Counted from the stretch's first letter, positions 29,431-38,589 are shown. The stretch: DNA of 64,000 bases from an uncultured Candidatus Saccharibacteria bacterium (GCA_963716565.1 OY970318.1:64830-128829); one strand, 5' to 3'. The notes: generated by a model from the letters alone, not told the origin. Numbers and translations are program-made.

Positions 29431-30591
29431 ATGGATAGATATAGCCCCAAAGACATAGAAACCAAGTGGCAGCAGGCTTGGGCCAAAGATAATTTATATA
29501 AAGCTGTTGATTTTGATGAACGGCCAAAATTTGTGATGCTCACAGAATTCCCGTATTTATCCGGCTCGGGAATACATATGGGCCATATGCGCGAATATAC
29601 ACTGGGCGACATTATTGCCAGGCGTTATCGCATGGGCGGCCATAATGTTTTGTACCCAATGGGCTACGATACTTTTGGCTTGCCGACCGAAAACTATGCT
29701 ATTAAAAATAAGGTTGCTCCCCAAGCTGTAGCCAAACAAAATATTGCTAGCTTTCAAAAACAATTTGATGCTTTGGGTTTTAGTGTTGACTGGGAACGTT
29801 CTTTTTCGACCGCCGACCCAGACTATTACAAATGGACTCAGTGGTTATTTTTGAAGTTCTACGAAGCCGGGCTAGCTTATCAAGATGAAGTTGCTATTAA
29901 CTGGTGCTCTAAATGCAAAACCGGCTTGGCTAACGAAGAAGTTGTGGCTGGCAAGCACGAACGTTGTGACACGGTTGTAGAAAAGAAGCAACTTAAGCAG
30001 TGGGTTCTAAAAATTACCGATTATGCCGATAAATTAATTGATGGTTTAGCAACGGTTGATTATCCGTCTAATATTGCCGATCAGCAAATAAACTGGATTG
30101 GCCGCAGTGTTGGTGCCGAAATTGACTTTGAGGTTGCTGGCTCGGGCGAAAAAATTACTGTATTTACTACTAGGCCTGATACTTTGTTTGGCGCAACTTA
30201 TGTGGTTTTGGCGCCGGAGCATCCTTTGGTACCAAAAATTACTGCTGCCGAGAATAAGAAGACTGTAGATGAATATGTTTGCCAAAGTGTAGTCAAAACC
30301 GATATCGAGCGGCAGGCTGATGCTAAAGATAAGACTGGCGTATTCACTGGTGCTTACGCTATCAACCCAGCAACACAAGAAAAAATTCCAATTTGGATTG
30401 CTGACTATGTGTTAATGAATTATGGCACTGGCGCCATTATGGCTGTACCAGCTCACGATGAACGCGATTTTGCCTTTGCTAAAAAATTCGATTTGCCTAT
30501 TAAAGAAGTTATCTTGCCACATCGCATTGATAAAAATAATCCACCCCGAGAAACAAAGAACAGGCATTTCGTCGGGCAGTGCACGGCATAG
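29431..30591 (+). CDS. leuS: Leucyl-tRNA synthetase, N-terminal fragment (catalytic HIGH region and CP1 editing domain)
   Basis: HMGH (HIGH motif), GYDTFGLPTEN, TTRPDTLFGATY and AVPAHDERDFAFAKKFDLPIKEV. The frame ends at TAG 30589-30591, and the protein continues in another frame. Confidence 0.85.
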   Translation: MDRYSPKDIETKWQQAWAKDNLYKAVDFDERPKFVMLTEFPYLSGSGIHMGHMREYTLGDIIARRYRMGGHNVLYPMGYDTFGLPTENYAIKNKVAPQAVAKQNIASFQKQFDALGFSVDWERSFSTADPDYYKWTQWLFLKFYEAGLAYQDEVAINWCSKCKTGLANEEVVAGKHERCDTVVEKKQLKQWVLKITDYADKLIDGLATVDYPSNIADQQINWIGRSVGAEIDFEVAGSGEKITVFTTRPDTLFGATYVVLAPEHPLVPKITAAENKKTVDEYVCQSVVKTDIERQADAKDKTGVFTGAYAINPATQEKIPIWIADYVLMNYGTGAIMAVPAHDERDFAFAKKFDLPIKEVILPHRIDKNNPPRETKNRHFVGQCTA

Positions 30592-32318
30592 TTTATGATC
30601 CCAAAACCGACAAATATTTATGCGTTCAGTGGAAAAAACAACCTTGGACGGCGTTTGTAGTGGGTGGAATCGAAGATGGTGACAACGGGGATATTATTGC
30701 GGCTGCCTTGCGCGAAATTCGCGAAGAAACTGGTTATAAAAATATAAAACCTATAAGAGTTTTGGGTGGAAATATAGTTTCTGAATTTTATGCAGCGCAC
30801 AAAGACGTTAATCGCAAAGCGCTCTTTAGTGCCGTGCTATTTGAACTAATCGATGACGAACGAGATGAGATATCTAAAGAAGAACAAGAAACCCAAGAGG
30901 CCATATGGCTAAAGAGGGCAGAAATTACACCCGAACGTATGACCTGCTCCGAACTTGACCTATTTTGGGACAGGATAGATAACCCAGAAGCGATTTATAC
31001 CGGCGAAGGCATACTAGTAGGTTCCGGTGATTATGATGATTTGGAGTCTAATGAAGCGCGCGAAAAAATAGTGGCCGATTTAGCTAAAAAAGGTGTGGGC
31101 CGCGAGAAGGTTCAATATAAATTACGCGATTGGATTTTTAGCCGCCAACACTATTGGGGCGAACCCATCCCAATTATTCATTGCCAAAAATGTGGTATCG
31201 TGCCAGTGCCCGAAGATCAACTGCCTGTAACTTTACCCGAAGTAGAACATTACGAACCAACTGACACCGGCGAGAGCCCGCTAGCAGCGATTGATAGTTG
31301 GGTTAATACCACTTGCCCAAAATGTGGCGGCAAGGCCAAGCGCGAAACCGACACCATGCCAAACTGGGCTGGCAGTAGCTGGTATTATTTGCGCTATTAC
31401 GATGCCAAGAACGATAAAGAGTTTGCGGCTCAAGATAAACTAAAATACTGGGGTCAGGCCGACCTGTACTTGGGTGGCATGGAGCATACCACCTTGCATC
31501 TGCTGTATTCGCGTTTTTGGCATAAGTTCTTATACGACCAAAAACTAGTGCCCACCGAAGAACCTTATAAAGCTCGTCGTGGCCAGGGCATTATTTTGGC
31601 CGAAGACGGCAATAAAATGAGTAAGAGCAAGGGCAATGTAGTCGACCCAATTGGTATTATCAACCAGGGCTATGGCGCTGACGCTTTACGTTTAGCCATT
31701 GCCTTTATTGCGCCGTACGATCAAACAACCGCCTGGAAGCCTAACGTTGTACCTGGCACCTACCGTCTGTTGAACAGGGCCTGGACTTTAGTAAAAGAAT
31801 ATAAAGCCACCGTTAAACACGAAAGTTCCGAAAAAGACGGCGAACTATTAAGCGCTATACACGAATGCATTTATAAAGTTAGCAATGATTTAGAAAACTT
31901 AAACTTTAACACCGCCATATCAGCCTTAATGGAAGCAATAAACAAGCTTTACGTCATAAAAGAGCAAGATAAGTTTAGCTCCAAGGCCTGGGAATCCATT
32001 CTGCTTAATTTGGTCAAATTGTTGGCACCTTTTGCGCCGCATATTAGTGAAGAATTATGGCAGCAATTAGGCCAAACTGGTTCGGTGCATTTGGCCCAGT
32101 GGCCGGTGCACGACGAAGCTTATCTGGTAAAGCAGACCGTTAAAATTGCCATTCAGATTAATGGCAAGGTGCGTGGCGAAGTAGAAATGCCTTTTGATAG
32201 CGAGCAATCGGCGGTTGAAAAAGCGGCCAAGTTGCACGAAAACGCTGGCCAATATTTAAACGGCGATATCAAAAAAGTATTTTATGTTCCCAACAAGTTA
32301 ATTAGTTTTGTCGTCTAA
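30579..32318 (+). CDS. leuS: Leucyl-tRNA synthetase, C-terminal fragment beginning with an inserted Nudix-like domain
   Basis: The first 150 aa or so are Nudix-like (GGIEDGDNGDIIAAALREIREETGY). These are followed by canonical LeuRS segments (YKLRDWIFSRQHYWGEPIP, KMSKSKGN, and the anticodon-binding and C-terminal domains). This frame is open from 30540, after TAA 30537-30539. Confidence 0.85.
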   Translation: MHGIVYDPKTDKYLCVQWKKQPWTAFVVGGIEDGDNGDIIAAALREIREETGYKNIKPIRVLGGNIVSEFYAAHKDVNRKALFSAVLFELIDDERDEISKEEQETQEAIWLKRAEITPERMTCSELDLFWDRIDNPEAIYTGEGILVGSGDYDDLESNEAREKIVADLAKKGVGREKVQYKLRDWIFSRQHYWGEPIPIIHCQKCGIVPVPEDQLPVTLPEVEHYEPTDTGESPLAAIDSWVNTTCPKCGGKAKRETDTMPNWAGSSWYYLRYYDAKNDKEFAAQDKLKYWGQADLYLGGMEHTTLHLLYSRFWHKFLYDQKLVPTEEPYKARRGQGIILAEDGNKMSKSKGNVVDPIGIINQGYGADALRLAIAFIAPYDQTTAWKPNVVPGTYRLLNRAWTLVKEYKATVKHESSEKDGELLSAIHECIYKVSNDLENLNFNTAISALMEAINKLYVIKEQDKFSSKAWESILLNLVKLLAPFAPHISEELWQQLGQTGSVHLAQWPVHDEAYLVKQTVKIAIQINGKVRGEVEMPFDSEQSAVEKAAKLHENAGQYLNGDIKKVFYVPNKLISFVV

Positions 32319-33320
32319 AATCATTTTCGAAAGGCTGCGCTGTCTAAAGTTTCCAATATACCAGCACATTCGGTCGTGGGCCATGTAAGTGTAGTGCTTG
32401 CCGGTACATTCCCTAAATATATCGTATCTTTTTTGCTTGCCCGGTAGTGGCGGCTCATCGACTTTATAAAAAGCAGGCGCCCATTTTTTAGTTCCATCCG
32501 GCAATATTTCAAAATCTGGCGAAGTAATGTCGGCAAGATACCACTGGTTGGCGTTACAAAACATGGCGACTGCATGACCTTGGCCATCAACAGAGACTTT
32601 TAATAGGCGTGATTTTAAGCCGCAGGCTTGGGCTAAAACCTGAAACGTTAGAGCTTGTTGCCGGCATACTCCATCTTCCATATTGCCAAGCCTTGAATGA
32701 TGACCGTCTACTTCCATCTCTTTGTTGTATGGCATAGCTTTATAAACTGCGTAAGCAAGCCTATCGGCTACCTGCATTTCTTGTTCCTGTGGCGAAGCAT
32801 CGCCGAAATTGTGGCTAAAGATATCCTTAAAGACTGGCATATATTTTTCAAGAATTTCTTGTTTGTTTACTACAATTTGCTCTCTTCCTCTTTCGGTAGC
32901 ATGCAAATTGTCAGATTTGCCCATATCAACTAATCCGTCTGGTATATATTCTGGAACGCCTAGGTGCGGAATTCTAAATCTATCGGGCGGGAAGGCGAGA
33001 TGATCTAATTTTATAGTTAACGAAAAATAAGCATCTAAATAACGATCCAGCCTCTCATCTCTTTCTTGGGGACTTAACCGGGTGTCTTTATAAATTGCGT
33101 GCAATGATTCCGTAGCGTAAGCTAGGCGCTCAGCAGGCGCATATTCAAATTCGGTGGCTAGTTGTGCAAGTTGAAATGCAGATAATTCTTCTAGTTCCTG
33201 GCGGCGATTGCCGTCACTACGCAATGTAAATTCAATGGCTGCCTTGCCCCGTTTTCTGTGCATGCCAACAGCCAATGCATTTTCTTGGAGTGTCAGTTCT
33301 TCTTGCGGTTGTGTTTTCAT
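32298..33320 (-). CDS. Transglutaminase-like (Cys-His-Asp) superfamily protein, tentative
   Basis: GVCRQQALTFQVLAQACGL ... GHAVAM ... WYLADIT has the spacing of the transglutaminase-core C/H/D triad. Confidence 0.45.
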   Translation of the reverse strand: MKTQPQEELTLQENALAVGMHRKRGKAAIEFTLRSDGNRRQELEELSAFQLAQLATEFEYAPAERLAYATESLHAIYKDTRLSPQERDERLDRYLDAYFSLTIKLDHLAFPPDRFRIPHLGVPEYIPDGLVDMGKSDNLHATERGREQIVVNKQEILEKYMPVFKDIFSHNFGDASPQEQEMQVADRLAYAVYKAMPYNKEMEVDGHHSRLGNMEDGVCRQQALTFQVLAQACGLKSRLLKVSVDGQGHAVAMFCNANQWYLADITSPDFEILPDGTKKWAPAFYKVDEPPLPGKQKRYDIFRECTGKHYTYMAHDRMCWYIGNFRQRSLSKMILDDKTN

Positions 33321-33464
33321 TTTTATTTTTTGCTAGTACTTTCATATAGTGGCATAAGCAGTATGTACTGTCAAATTGCCAAAAAGCTTTAACGGCTTGA
33401 GTTTATGGCTAAAGAGTTGTTATAATAGGCCTAATTATCAAACGAACTAATAGGAGTTTGCACC

Positions 33465-33623
33465 TTGGGTAAACCAAAAAAACGCACAACACCAAGACGA
33501 ACCGGCACCCGCCGCAGCCATATGGTGCTAGATTTGGCCAGAAGAGTTAATGCCAAATCGCCAATCAAAGCCTTTACTACCAGAAAAGAATTTGGCAAGC
33601 AAAAATCTTCTACCTCTAAGTAA
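33465..33623 (+). CDS. rpmF: 50S ribosomal protein L32 (ORF below the track's size cutoff)
   Basis: TTG start 8 nt after TAGGAG. The translation GKPKKRTTPRRTGTRRSHMVL is the bL32 N-terminal signature. 52 aa. Confidence 0.8.
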   Translation: MGKPKKRTTPRRTGTRRSHMVLDLARRVNAKSPIKAFTTRKEFGKQKSSTSK

Positions 33624-33647
33624 CTTATAAAAGGGAGGTTTTAGGTT

Positions 33648-34115
33648 ATGGCATCAAATCGTCACTTAGGCAGAATAGTAGCTTTGCAGACATTGTACGA
33701 GCAGGATTTTCGATTGGAATGCCAAGATGGCGAGCTCGACTTAAAGGCGGTTTTAAGCCGTAATATTGAACGCTATAACGAAACTATCGACGATAAAGAT
33801 TTTATTGTTAGGTTGGTAGAAGGCGTGGCATCCAAGCAGACCGAACTAGACGAAACTTTGCAACCTTTGGCGCCGGAATGGCCTTTGGCCCAAGTTGCTA
33901 GAATGGATCGTATTGTTTTAAGAATCGGGCTATACGAACTATTGCACGAAAAAGATGTTCCACCCAAAGTAGCCATAAACGAAGCCGTTGAATTGGCCAA
34001 AGCCTTTGGCAGCGAAAACTCCTCACGGTTTATTAACGGCGTTTTAGGTACGGCCTTAAGAAACATCGAAAACGGAACAGTAGGCAAGCCTAAAGCTAAA
34101 AAGAAGGCTAAATGA
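33648..34115 (+). CDS. nusB: Transcription antitermination factor NusB
   Basis: GRIVALQTLYEQDF, then LAPEWPLAQVARMDRIVLRIGLYEL and INEAVELAKAFG. Confidence 0.9.
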   Translation: MASNRHLGRIVALQTLYEQDFRLECQDGELDLKAVLSRNIERYNETIDDKDFIVRLVEGVASKQTELDETLQPLAPEWPLAQVARMDRIVLRIGLYELLHEKDVPPKVAINEAVELAKAFGSENSSRFINGVLGTALRNIENGTVGKPKAKKKAK

Positions 34116-34618
34116 GCATAAAAGCCCCGAAACCGCTAAAGGGATTTGGCAAATATTTGCATCGCAAAAAACCCGCTATCAGTGAAGTAGTTAGTGAACC
34201 AACGGCTGGCGGTATTGTTTGGCGCCGCAATCCCAACACTAAAGATGTTGAGATATTACTAATCCAAGATTCTAAAGATCGCTGGACTATTCCCAAGGGC
34301 CATATTGAAGAAGGTGAATCTGCCCGCGATACTGCCGAACGCGAAATTCGCGAAGAAACTGGCCTAGCCGCTATGAAAACTATGGGCTGGGTTGGCAAAA
34401 TTAACTTTAGATATCGTCGCCAGAACAGCTTAGTGTTAATGAGTACCCAGATTTATTTGGTTCAAGCCATTGGTGATACCGATAGTCTCAAAAAAGAAGA
34501 ATGGATGAATGGCATTGGCTGGGTTAAGGCCAATGACGCCTTAGATAAAATCGAATACGAAGACATCAGTAAGCTAATTTTATTAAGTCTTAAAAAAATA
34601 CGAGACGCGGGGTTATAG
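34112..34618 (+). CDS. Nudix hydrolase
   Basis: Perfect Nudix box GHIEEGESARDTAEREIREETGL. ATGA overlap with nusB. Confidence 0.85.
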   Translation: MSIKAPKPLKGFGKYLHRKKPAISEVVSEPTAGGIVWRRNPNTKDVEILLIQDSKDRWTIPKGHIEEGESARDTAEREIREETGLAAMKTMGWVGKINFRYRRQNSLVLMSTQIYLVQAIGDTDSLKKEEWMNGIGWVKANDALDKIEYEDISKLILLSLKKIRDAGL

Positions 34619-34625
34619 TAAAAAG

Positions 34626-35333
34626 ATGGATTTTGGTAAATATCAGGCTTTAGCAAAAGAAAAACTAGGCGGGGATTTTAATAACCTAGATATTTTAGTA
34701 ACGGCCTTTACTCATCGCTCGTATCTAAACGAGCATAAAAAAACCGTTAAAGAGCACAACGAACGGTTGGAATTTTTAGGCGACGCAGTCTTAGAGCTGG
34801 TAGTAACCGAAAACTTATATAACAACTATCAAGAGGCAGAGGGCATTCTAACTAACTGGCGCAGTGCCTTGGTGCGCACCGAAAGCATTAGTTTGGCAGC
34901 CGACCGCCTAGGCCTTAATGAATATTTAAGATTGAGCCGCGGCGAAAAGCGGGGCACGGATCGTGCTCGGGCCCAGATATTGGCAAATTGTTTTGAAGCG
35001 GTTATTGGCGCCATTTATTTAGACAAAGGCTACGAATGCGTTAAGCAATTTATAATCGACAACTTGCTTAATACTTTGCCACAGATTTTATCTAGCGGTT
35101 CGTGGATGGATGCCAAATCTAGGTTGCAAGAAATAACCCAAAATGTCGAAAACGCCACTCCCCACTACAAGGTGCTATCCGAAGAAGGCCCAGATCACGA
35201 AAAACAGTTTACAATAGGTGTTTTTGTGGATAATAAGATGCGTGGGCAAGGCGAAGGTCCTAGCAAACAATTGGCTCAGCAACGGGCTGCCGAATCGGCC
35301 TTAAAATATTATTCAACTAAACTACCAGCCTAG
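34626..35333 (+). CDS. rnc: Ribonuclease III
   Basis: Signature ERLEFLGDAVLELVVTE and a C-terminal dsRBD (GPDHEKQFTIGVFV...QQRAAESAL). Confidence 0.95.
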   Translation: MDFGKYQALAKEKLGGDFNNLDILVTAFTHRSYLNEHKKTVKEHNERLEFLGDAVLELVVTENLYNNYQEAEGILTNWRSALVRTESISLAADRLGLNEYLRLSRGEKRGTDRARAQILANCFEAVIGAIYLDKGYECVKQFIIDNLLNTLPQILSSGSWMDAKSRLQEITQNVENATPHYKVLSEEGPDHEKQFTIGVFVDNKMRGQGEGPSKQLAQQRAAESALKYYSTKLPA

Positions 35334-35417
35334 GTTTGACTTTTTACCGATAAACAGATACAATACCCACTCGTACGATTTAAACAACTACAATATAAGG
35401 AAGAAAATACTTAAATA

Positions 35418-35900
35418 ATGCTAGTCATTCGCCTACAACGCATCGGTCGCAGTGGTCACGCTCAGTTTAGAGTCGTCGTGCAAGATGCACATCAGAGCCC
35501 TAAAAGTGGCAAAACAGTTGCCTTGCTTGGCTCCTACGATCCGCACACTAAAGATCTAAAAGTTGACATCGATAAGCTAAAAACTTATATGCAAAATGGC
35601 GCTCAGCCATCCGACAGAGTAATTGTTTTGTTGAAAAAAGAGGGCGTTAAATTGCCAAGTTGGGTATTAAAGATTACCAAAAAGCAAAAGCCAATTCGTC
35701 ACGCCGATAAATTGCGCAAGAACCGCCCTGCCGAAGCTGAAGTTAAAGAAGAAGCTCCAGCCGAAGAAGCCGAAGCACCTACCGAAGCCACCGAAGAAGT
35801 TGTAGCTGAAGAAACAGCTCCAGAAGTTGAAGCTGCTCCAGAAGAAAAAGCTACCGACGAAGATATCAAAGTCGAAGACGCTCCAGAAGCCAAAGAATAA
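35418..35900 (+). CDS. rpsP: 30S ribosomal protein S16 with a roughly 60-aa acidic Glu/Ala/Pro C-terminal tail
   Basis: MLVIRLQRIGRSGHAQFRVVVQDA...GSYDP core, followed by AEAEVKEEAPAEEAEAPTEATEE... Confidence 0.9.
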   Translation: MLVIRLQRIGRSGHAQFRVVVQDAHQSPKSGKTVALLGSYDPHTKDLKVDIDKLKTYMQNGAQPSDRVIVLLKKEGVKLPSWVLKITKKQKPIRHADKLRKNRPAEAEVKEEAPAEEAEAPTEATEEVVAEETAPEVEAAPEEKATDEDIKVEDAPEAKE

Positions 35901-36225
35901 CTCTTTTTGCTACTTTTTGGTGGCAAAAAGTACCTCAAAAAGCCACTGGGCAACGCCTAATTTTACTTAAGAGCTAGTCAAAAAAACAATGCCTCCAGAA
36001 CTCCCTATGGTCGGCTCAAGCTTCTATCTCTTTTCAAGGATGAGCTTGAGCAAAGCTGTCGGACAATAATTGTTTTTGTTGACGCTCTTAAATCAAACCA
36101 GGCTCTGGCCCAGACTAAAAGAGAAGCTGATGATTTAGACTCTTTTTCGATTGTCCATCATCCATCATCCATCATCTAAAATGTTGTATACTTAACCATA
36201 TACATTAATTATAGGAGAATTCACT

Positions 36226-36753
36226 ATGTCCAGTATAGATCAGCAATTTGTAGAATATATTGTCAAGTCACTTGTAGGCAAACCAGAGGCAGTACAGATC
36301 GAACGACGCATCGACGAAAAGGGCGTTTTGCTAGAATTAACCGTTGACCCAGAAGATTTAGGCCGAGTAATAGGCAAGCGTGGTGCTACTGCGCAAAGCA
36401 TTCGCAACTTGCTTAGAGCCTTAGGCACCAAGAACGATGCCCGCTACAACTTAAAAATTGTCGACAACGGCTACCCGCGCCCAGAGCGCCAAGATAGGCC
36501 AGCTGAACCAACTGCTCAGCCTGCTGCCCAAGCCGACGAACCAGCCGATGGTACATCTGACGACCAGGTAACAGAAGATACCGAAGAAGTCGAAAATGCC
36601 GAAGAGCTAGAAGTTCCAGCAGCTGTCGAACCAGAAGCACCTGCCGAAGTCGCCGATTTAGAAGACGAAGATGAAGAAGTCGCACCAACTTCTGGAAGTG
36701 TTGTAGATAAAACACGCGAAGAACTTAAAGAATACGACGATTTAGACGTATAA
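36226..36753 (+). CDS. KH-domain RNA-binding protein (YlqC-like) with an acidic C-terminal extension
   Basis: KH GxxG motif VIGKRGATAQSIRNLL, in the usual position after rpsP. The tail is rich in E, D, A and P. Confidence 0.85.
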   Translation: MSSIDQQFVEYIVKSLVGKPEAVQIERRIDEKGVLLELTVDPEDLGRVIGKRGATAQSIRNLLRALGTKNDARYNLKIVDNGYPRPERQDRPAEPTAQPAAQADEPADGTSDDQVTEDTEEVENAEELEVPAAVEPEAPAEVADLEDEDEEVAPTSGSVVDKTREELKEYDDLDV

Positions 36754-36994
36754 TAAACGTAAGCCGTTTACGGCAACAAAAACAAAAAGTTATCTAAAAA
36801 GCTCGTGCGAGCCATTTGGCAAAATGCCGGTGGGAGCTTTATGTGGCAGAGAACACCTCTTTTTAAGGAGGTTTTTCTGTTTATAAGCATCATTTTCTAA
36901 AACTTTAAACCCAACATCTCATACCTACAAATATGAATAAAATACGCGATAGCGTAATTTATTCACATAACTGCCCATAAGGTATAATCAAGAT

Positions 36995-37636
36995 ATGTTA
37001 ATTCAAGTTATTACACTGTTCCCAGAGATGTTCGATAAGGTTTTTGGCAGTAGTATGCTGTGGAAGGCTCAAGATAAAGCTATCGTTAAGCTTGAAACTG
37101 TTAATTTGCGCGATTTTGGCCTAGGCCGGCGCAAAACTGTAGATGATACACCTTATGGCGGTGGCGATGGCATGCTATTAATGGCCGAGCCATTGTTTGC
37201 GGCCGTAGAGCATTGTAAAAAGATATCCCCTAAGGCAAAAGTTTTGCTCATGACGCCTAGGGGCAAAGATTACAACCAAAAAGACGCCCAAAGGCTGGCA
37301 AAAGCTACCCAAGATTTAATTATTATTTGTGGCCGCTATGAAGGTTACGATGAACGCATAACTTCGTTAGTCGACGAGCAAATTTGTATTGGTCCGTATG
37401 TACTAACCGGTGGCGAAATAGCCGCAATGGCCGTAGTAGATAGCGTGGTGCGTTTGTTGCCAGGTGTATTGGGTGGCGAAAATAGTGCCGAAATTGAATC
37501 TTTTAGCGACGGCTTTGAGCGGGAATTCCCGCAGTACACTCGCCCCGAAGAATTTATGGGCTTAAAAGTACCGGATGTTTTGCTAAGCGGCAACCACGCC
37601 GAAATCGCCAAATGGCGCGCCAATAATAGTAAATAA
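36995..37636 (+). CDS. trmD: tRNA (guanine37-N1)-methyltransferase
   Basis: ITLFPEMF, GRYEGYDERI and IGPYVLTGGEIAAMAVVDSVVRLLPGVLG. Confidence 0.93.
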   Translation: MLIQVITLFPEMFDKVFGSSMLWKAQDKAIVKLETVNLRDFGLGRRKTVDDTPYGGGDGMLLMAEPLFAAVEHCKKISPKAKVLLMTPRGKDYNQKDAQRLAKATQDLIIICGRYEGYDERITSLVDEQICIGPYVLTGGEIAAMAVVDSVVRLLPGVLGGENSAEIESFSDGFEREFPQYTRPEEFMGLKVPDVLLSGNHAEIAKWRANNSK

Positions 37637-37731
37637 TTTTTTTGAGTATATATAGATACGCCCCCCGCGGGGCACCTTTGTCGATAATCGACTTAGGTGC
37701 CCGTGAGGGGCGTTGTCTGCGAGCGGGGCGG

Positions 37732-38319
37732 CTACCTTGGATAGGGAAGGCCTTCGCCAGCCAGTATCTTGGCGCCGAGGAGGCCAGCCGCCCCGAGGCT
37801 CGTGGCGTGGTCTTCCATCTCCGTGAAGGTGCTGATTGCCACTCGTACGGTGAGGGGCCCCATCTGAAGGCGCACGGCGCCGCCATATGGGAAATCCCCA
37901 AACGGGAAGTCCTTCTTCAGGCCTTTGGTGTCGATGATGTCTTGCCATCCATCGAAACCCTGGAACCGCAAGGCAAGGGTGCTCTCCGCGCCTTCGCGCA
38001 ACAGCGCTCGCATCTTGCCTATGGTGTTGGCGATGTAGAGGTCGCGATCCGGACCCCAACCCCCAACGCACCATGCGAACTGCTCGGGGTTGTCCCACGA
38101 CTTGCTGGGTCCGTCATCGCGACGGTTGTTCCACTCAGGCCTGGCGATGGTGATCCCAAAGCTGTCCTTCTTCTTGACGTATCCAGCCCTCGCCAGCGCG
38201 TCCACCGCGGGCTTGAGGCCATCGATGAAGTCCTCCAGATGGATGATCTCGCCGGTGCCCTGGCACTCGTAGGTTCTCTCGTACTGCAGCTTGGAAAGGT
38301 CCAAGATCCGAGATGGCAT
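37732..38319 (-). CDS. Hypothetical protein (195 aa) in a GC-rich island; weak GlcG/DUF336-like C-terminal pattern
   Basis: ATG 38319 (MPSRILD) lies 7 nt after TAAGGAGAA and downstream of promoter TTGACA-17-TACTAT. The C-terminal YGGAVRLQMGPLTVRVAISTFTEMEDHATSLGAAG resembles the GGvP..dG..iGAiGVSG..xxD motif. A long GC hairpin follows the stop. The other frames here are shadow ORFs. Confidence 0.55.
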   Translation of the reverse strand: MPSRILDLSKLQYERTYECQGTGEIIHLEDFIDGLKPAVDALARAGYVKKKDSFGITIARPEWNNRRDDGPSKSWDNPEQFAWCVGGWGPDRDLYIANTIGKMRALLREGAESTLALRFQGFDGWQDIIDTKGLKKDFPFGDFPYGGAVRLQMGPLTVRVAISTFTEMEDHATSLGAAGLLGAKILAGEGLPYPR

Positions 38320-38378
38320 GACTGTTCTCCTTATGTGCTCGCGTAATGGGCAACAATGCCCAAAACTATGACACACAT

Positions 38379-38407
38379 ATAGTAGCACAAAATATAGTAA
38401 GTGTCAA
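38379..38407 (-). promoter_or_regulatory. Sigma70-type promoter TTGACA-17-TACTAT (minus strand)
   Basis: Read directly on the reverse complement. Confidence 0.55.
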
Positions 38408-38451
38408 TACGTTCATCTCTGTTGTTGGCTTTTTCAAAAACCGCTAGTTTA

Positions 38452-38589
38452 GTGATTAGCTTTCGCGGAGCGCAAACCGCAGTTTGCGCTTCTAGAGAAC
38501 CTGCCGATGGTAGGTTCTCTAGAGTGCCAGCCAGAGGCTGGAGCGAGGCAACGAACCCCTTGGCTTTAGCTAGGGGTGTTTGATTTTTG
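38452..38589 (+). ncRNA. Unclassified structured RNA, copy B (conserved core)
   Basis: In order: GTGATTAGCTTT, hairpin GCGCAAAC-CGCA-GTTTGCGC, 12-bp hairpin TCTAGAGAACCT/AGGTTCTCTAGA, hairpin CCAGCC/GGCTGG, linker GCGAGGCAACGAAC, and hairpin CCCCT..AGGGG plus GTTTGATTTTTG. The element order matches copy A. Confidence 0.55.

Noticed and set aside
36155-36175. (CCATCAT)x3 microrepeat, with similar CATC-rich strings near 690-715 and 61830-61845
   Set aside because: It is too short and irregular for a CRISPR array or a binding-site array. It is probably simple slippage, and no spacer-repeat organisation is present.
36935-36964. AT-rich palindrome GAATAAAATACGCGATAGCGTAATTTATTC, with a near twin at 61903-61931 (AAATAAAATACGCTATAGCGTATTTTATT)
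   Set aside because: Both sit in intergenic positions where a bidirectional terminator or operator is expected. Two copies are not enough to call a REP/MITE family.
37554-38346. Several long overlapping ORFs in other frames and on the other strand (37554..37901 -, 37583..38098 -, 37642..38346 +, 38019..38222 -, 38135..38356 -)
   Set aside because: These are shadow ORFs typical of GC-rich DNA. Their translations are Arg/Pro/His/Trp-rich and lack an RBS or promoter. Only the 37732..38319 minus frame has a promoter, an RBS, a terminator and a protein-like composition.
38401-38583. 60-aa + strand ORF (GTG start) covering structured RNA copy B
   Set aside because: There is no RBS and the translation is Arg/Ala/Ser-rich. 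The equivalent region of copy A has no ORF, while the RNA architecture is conserved.
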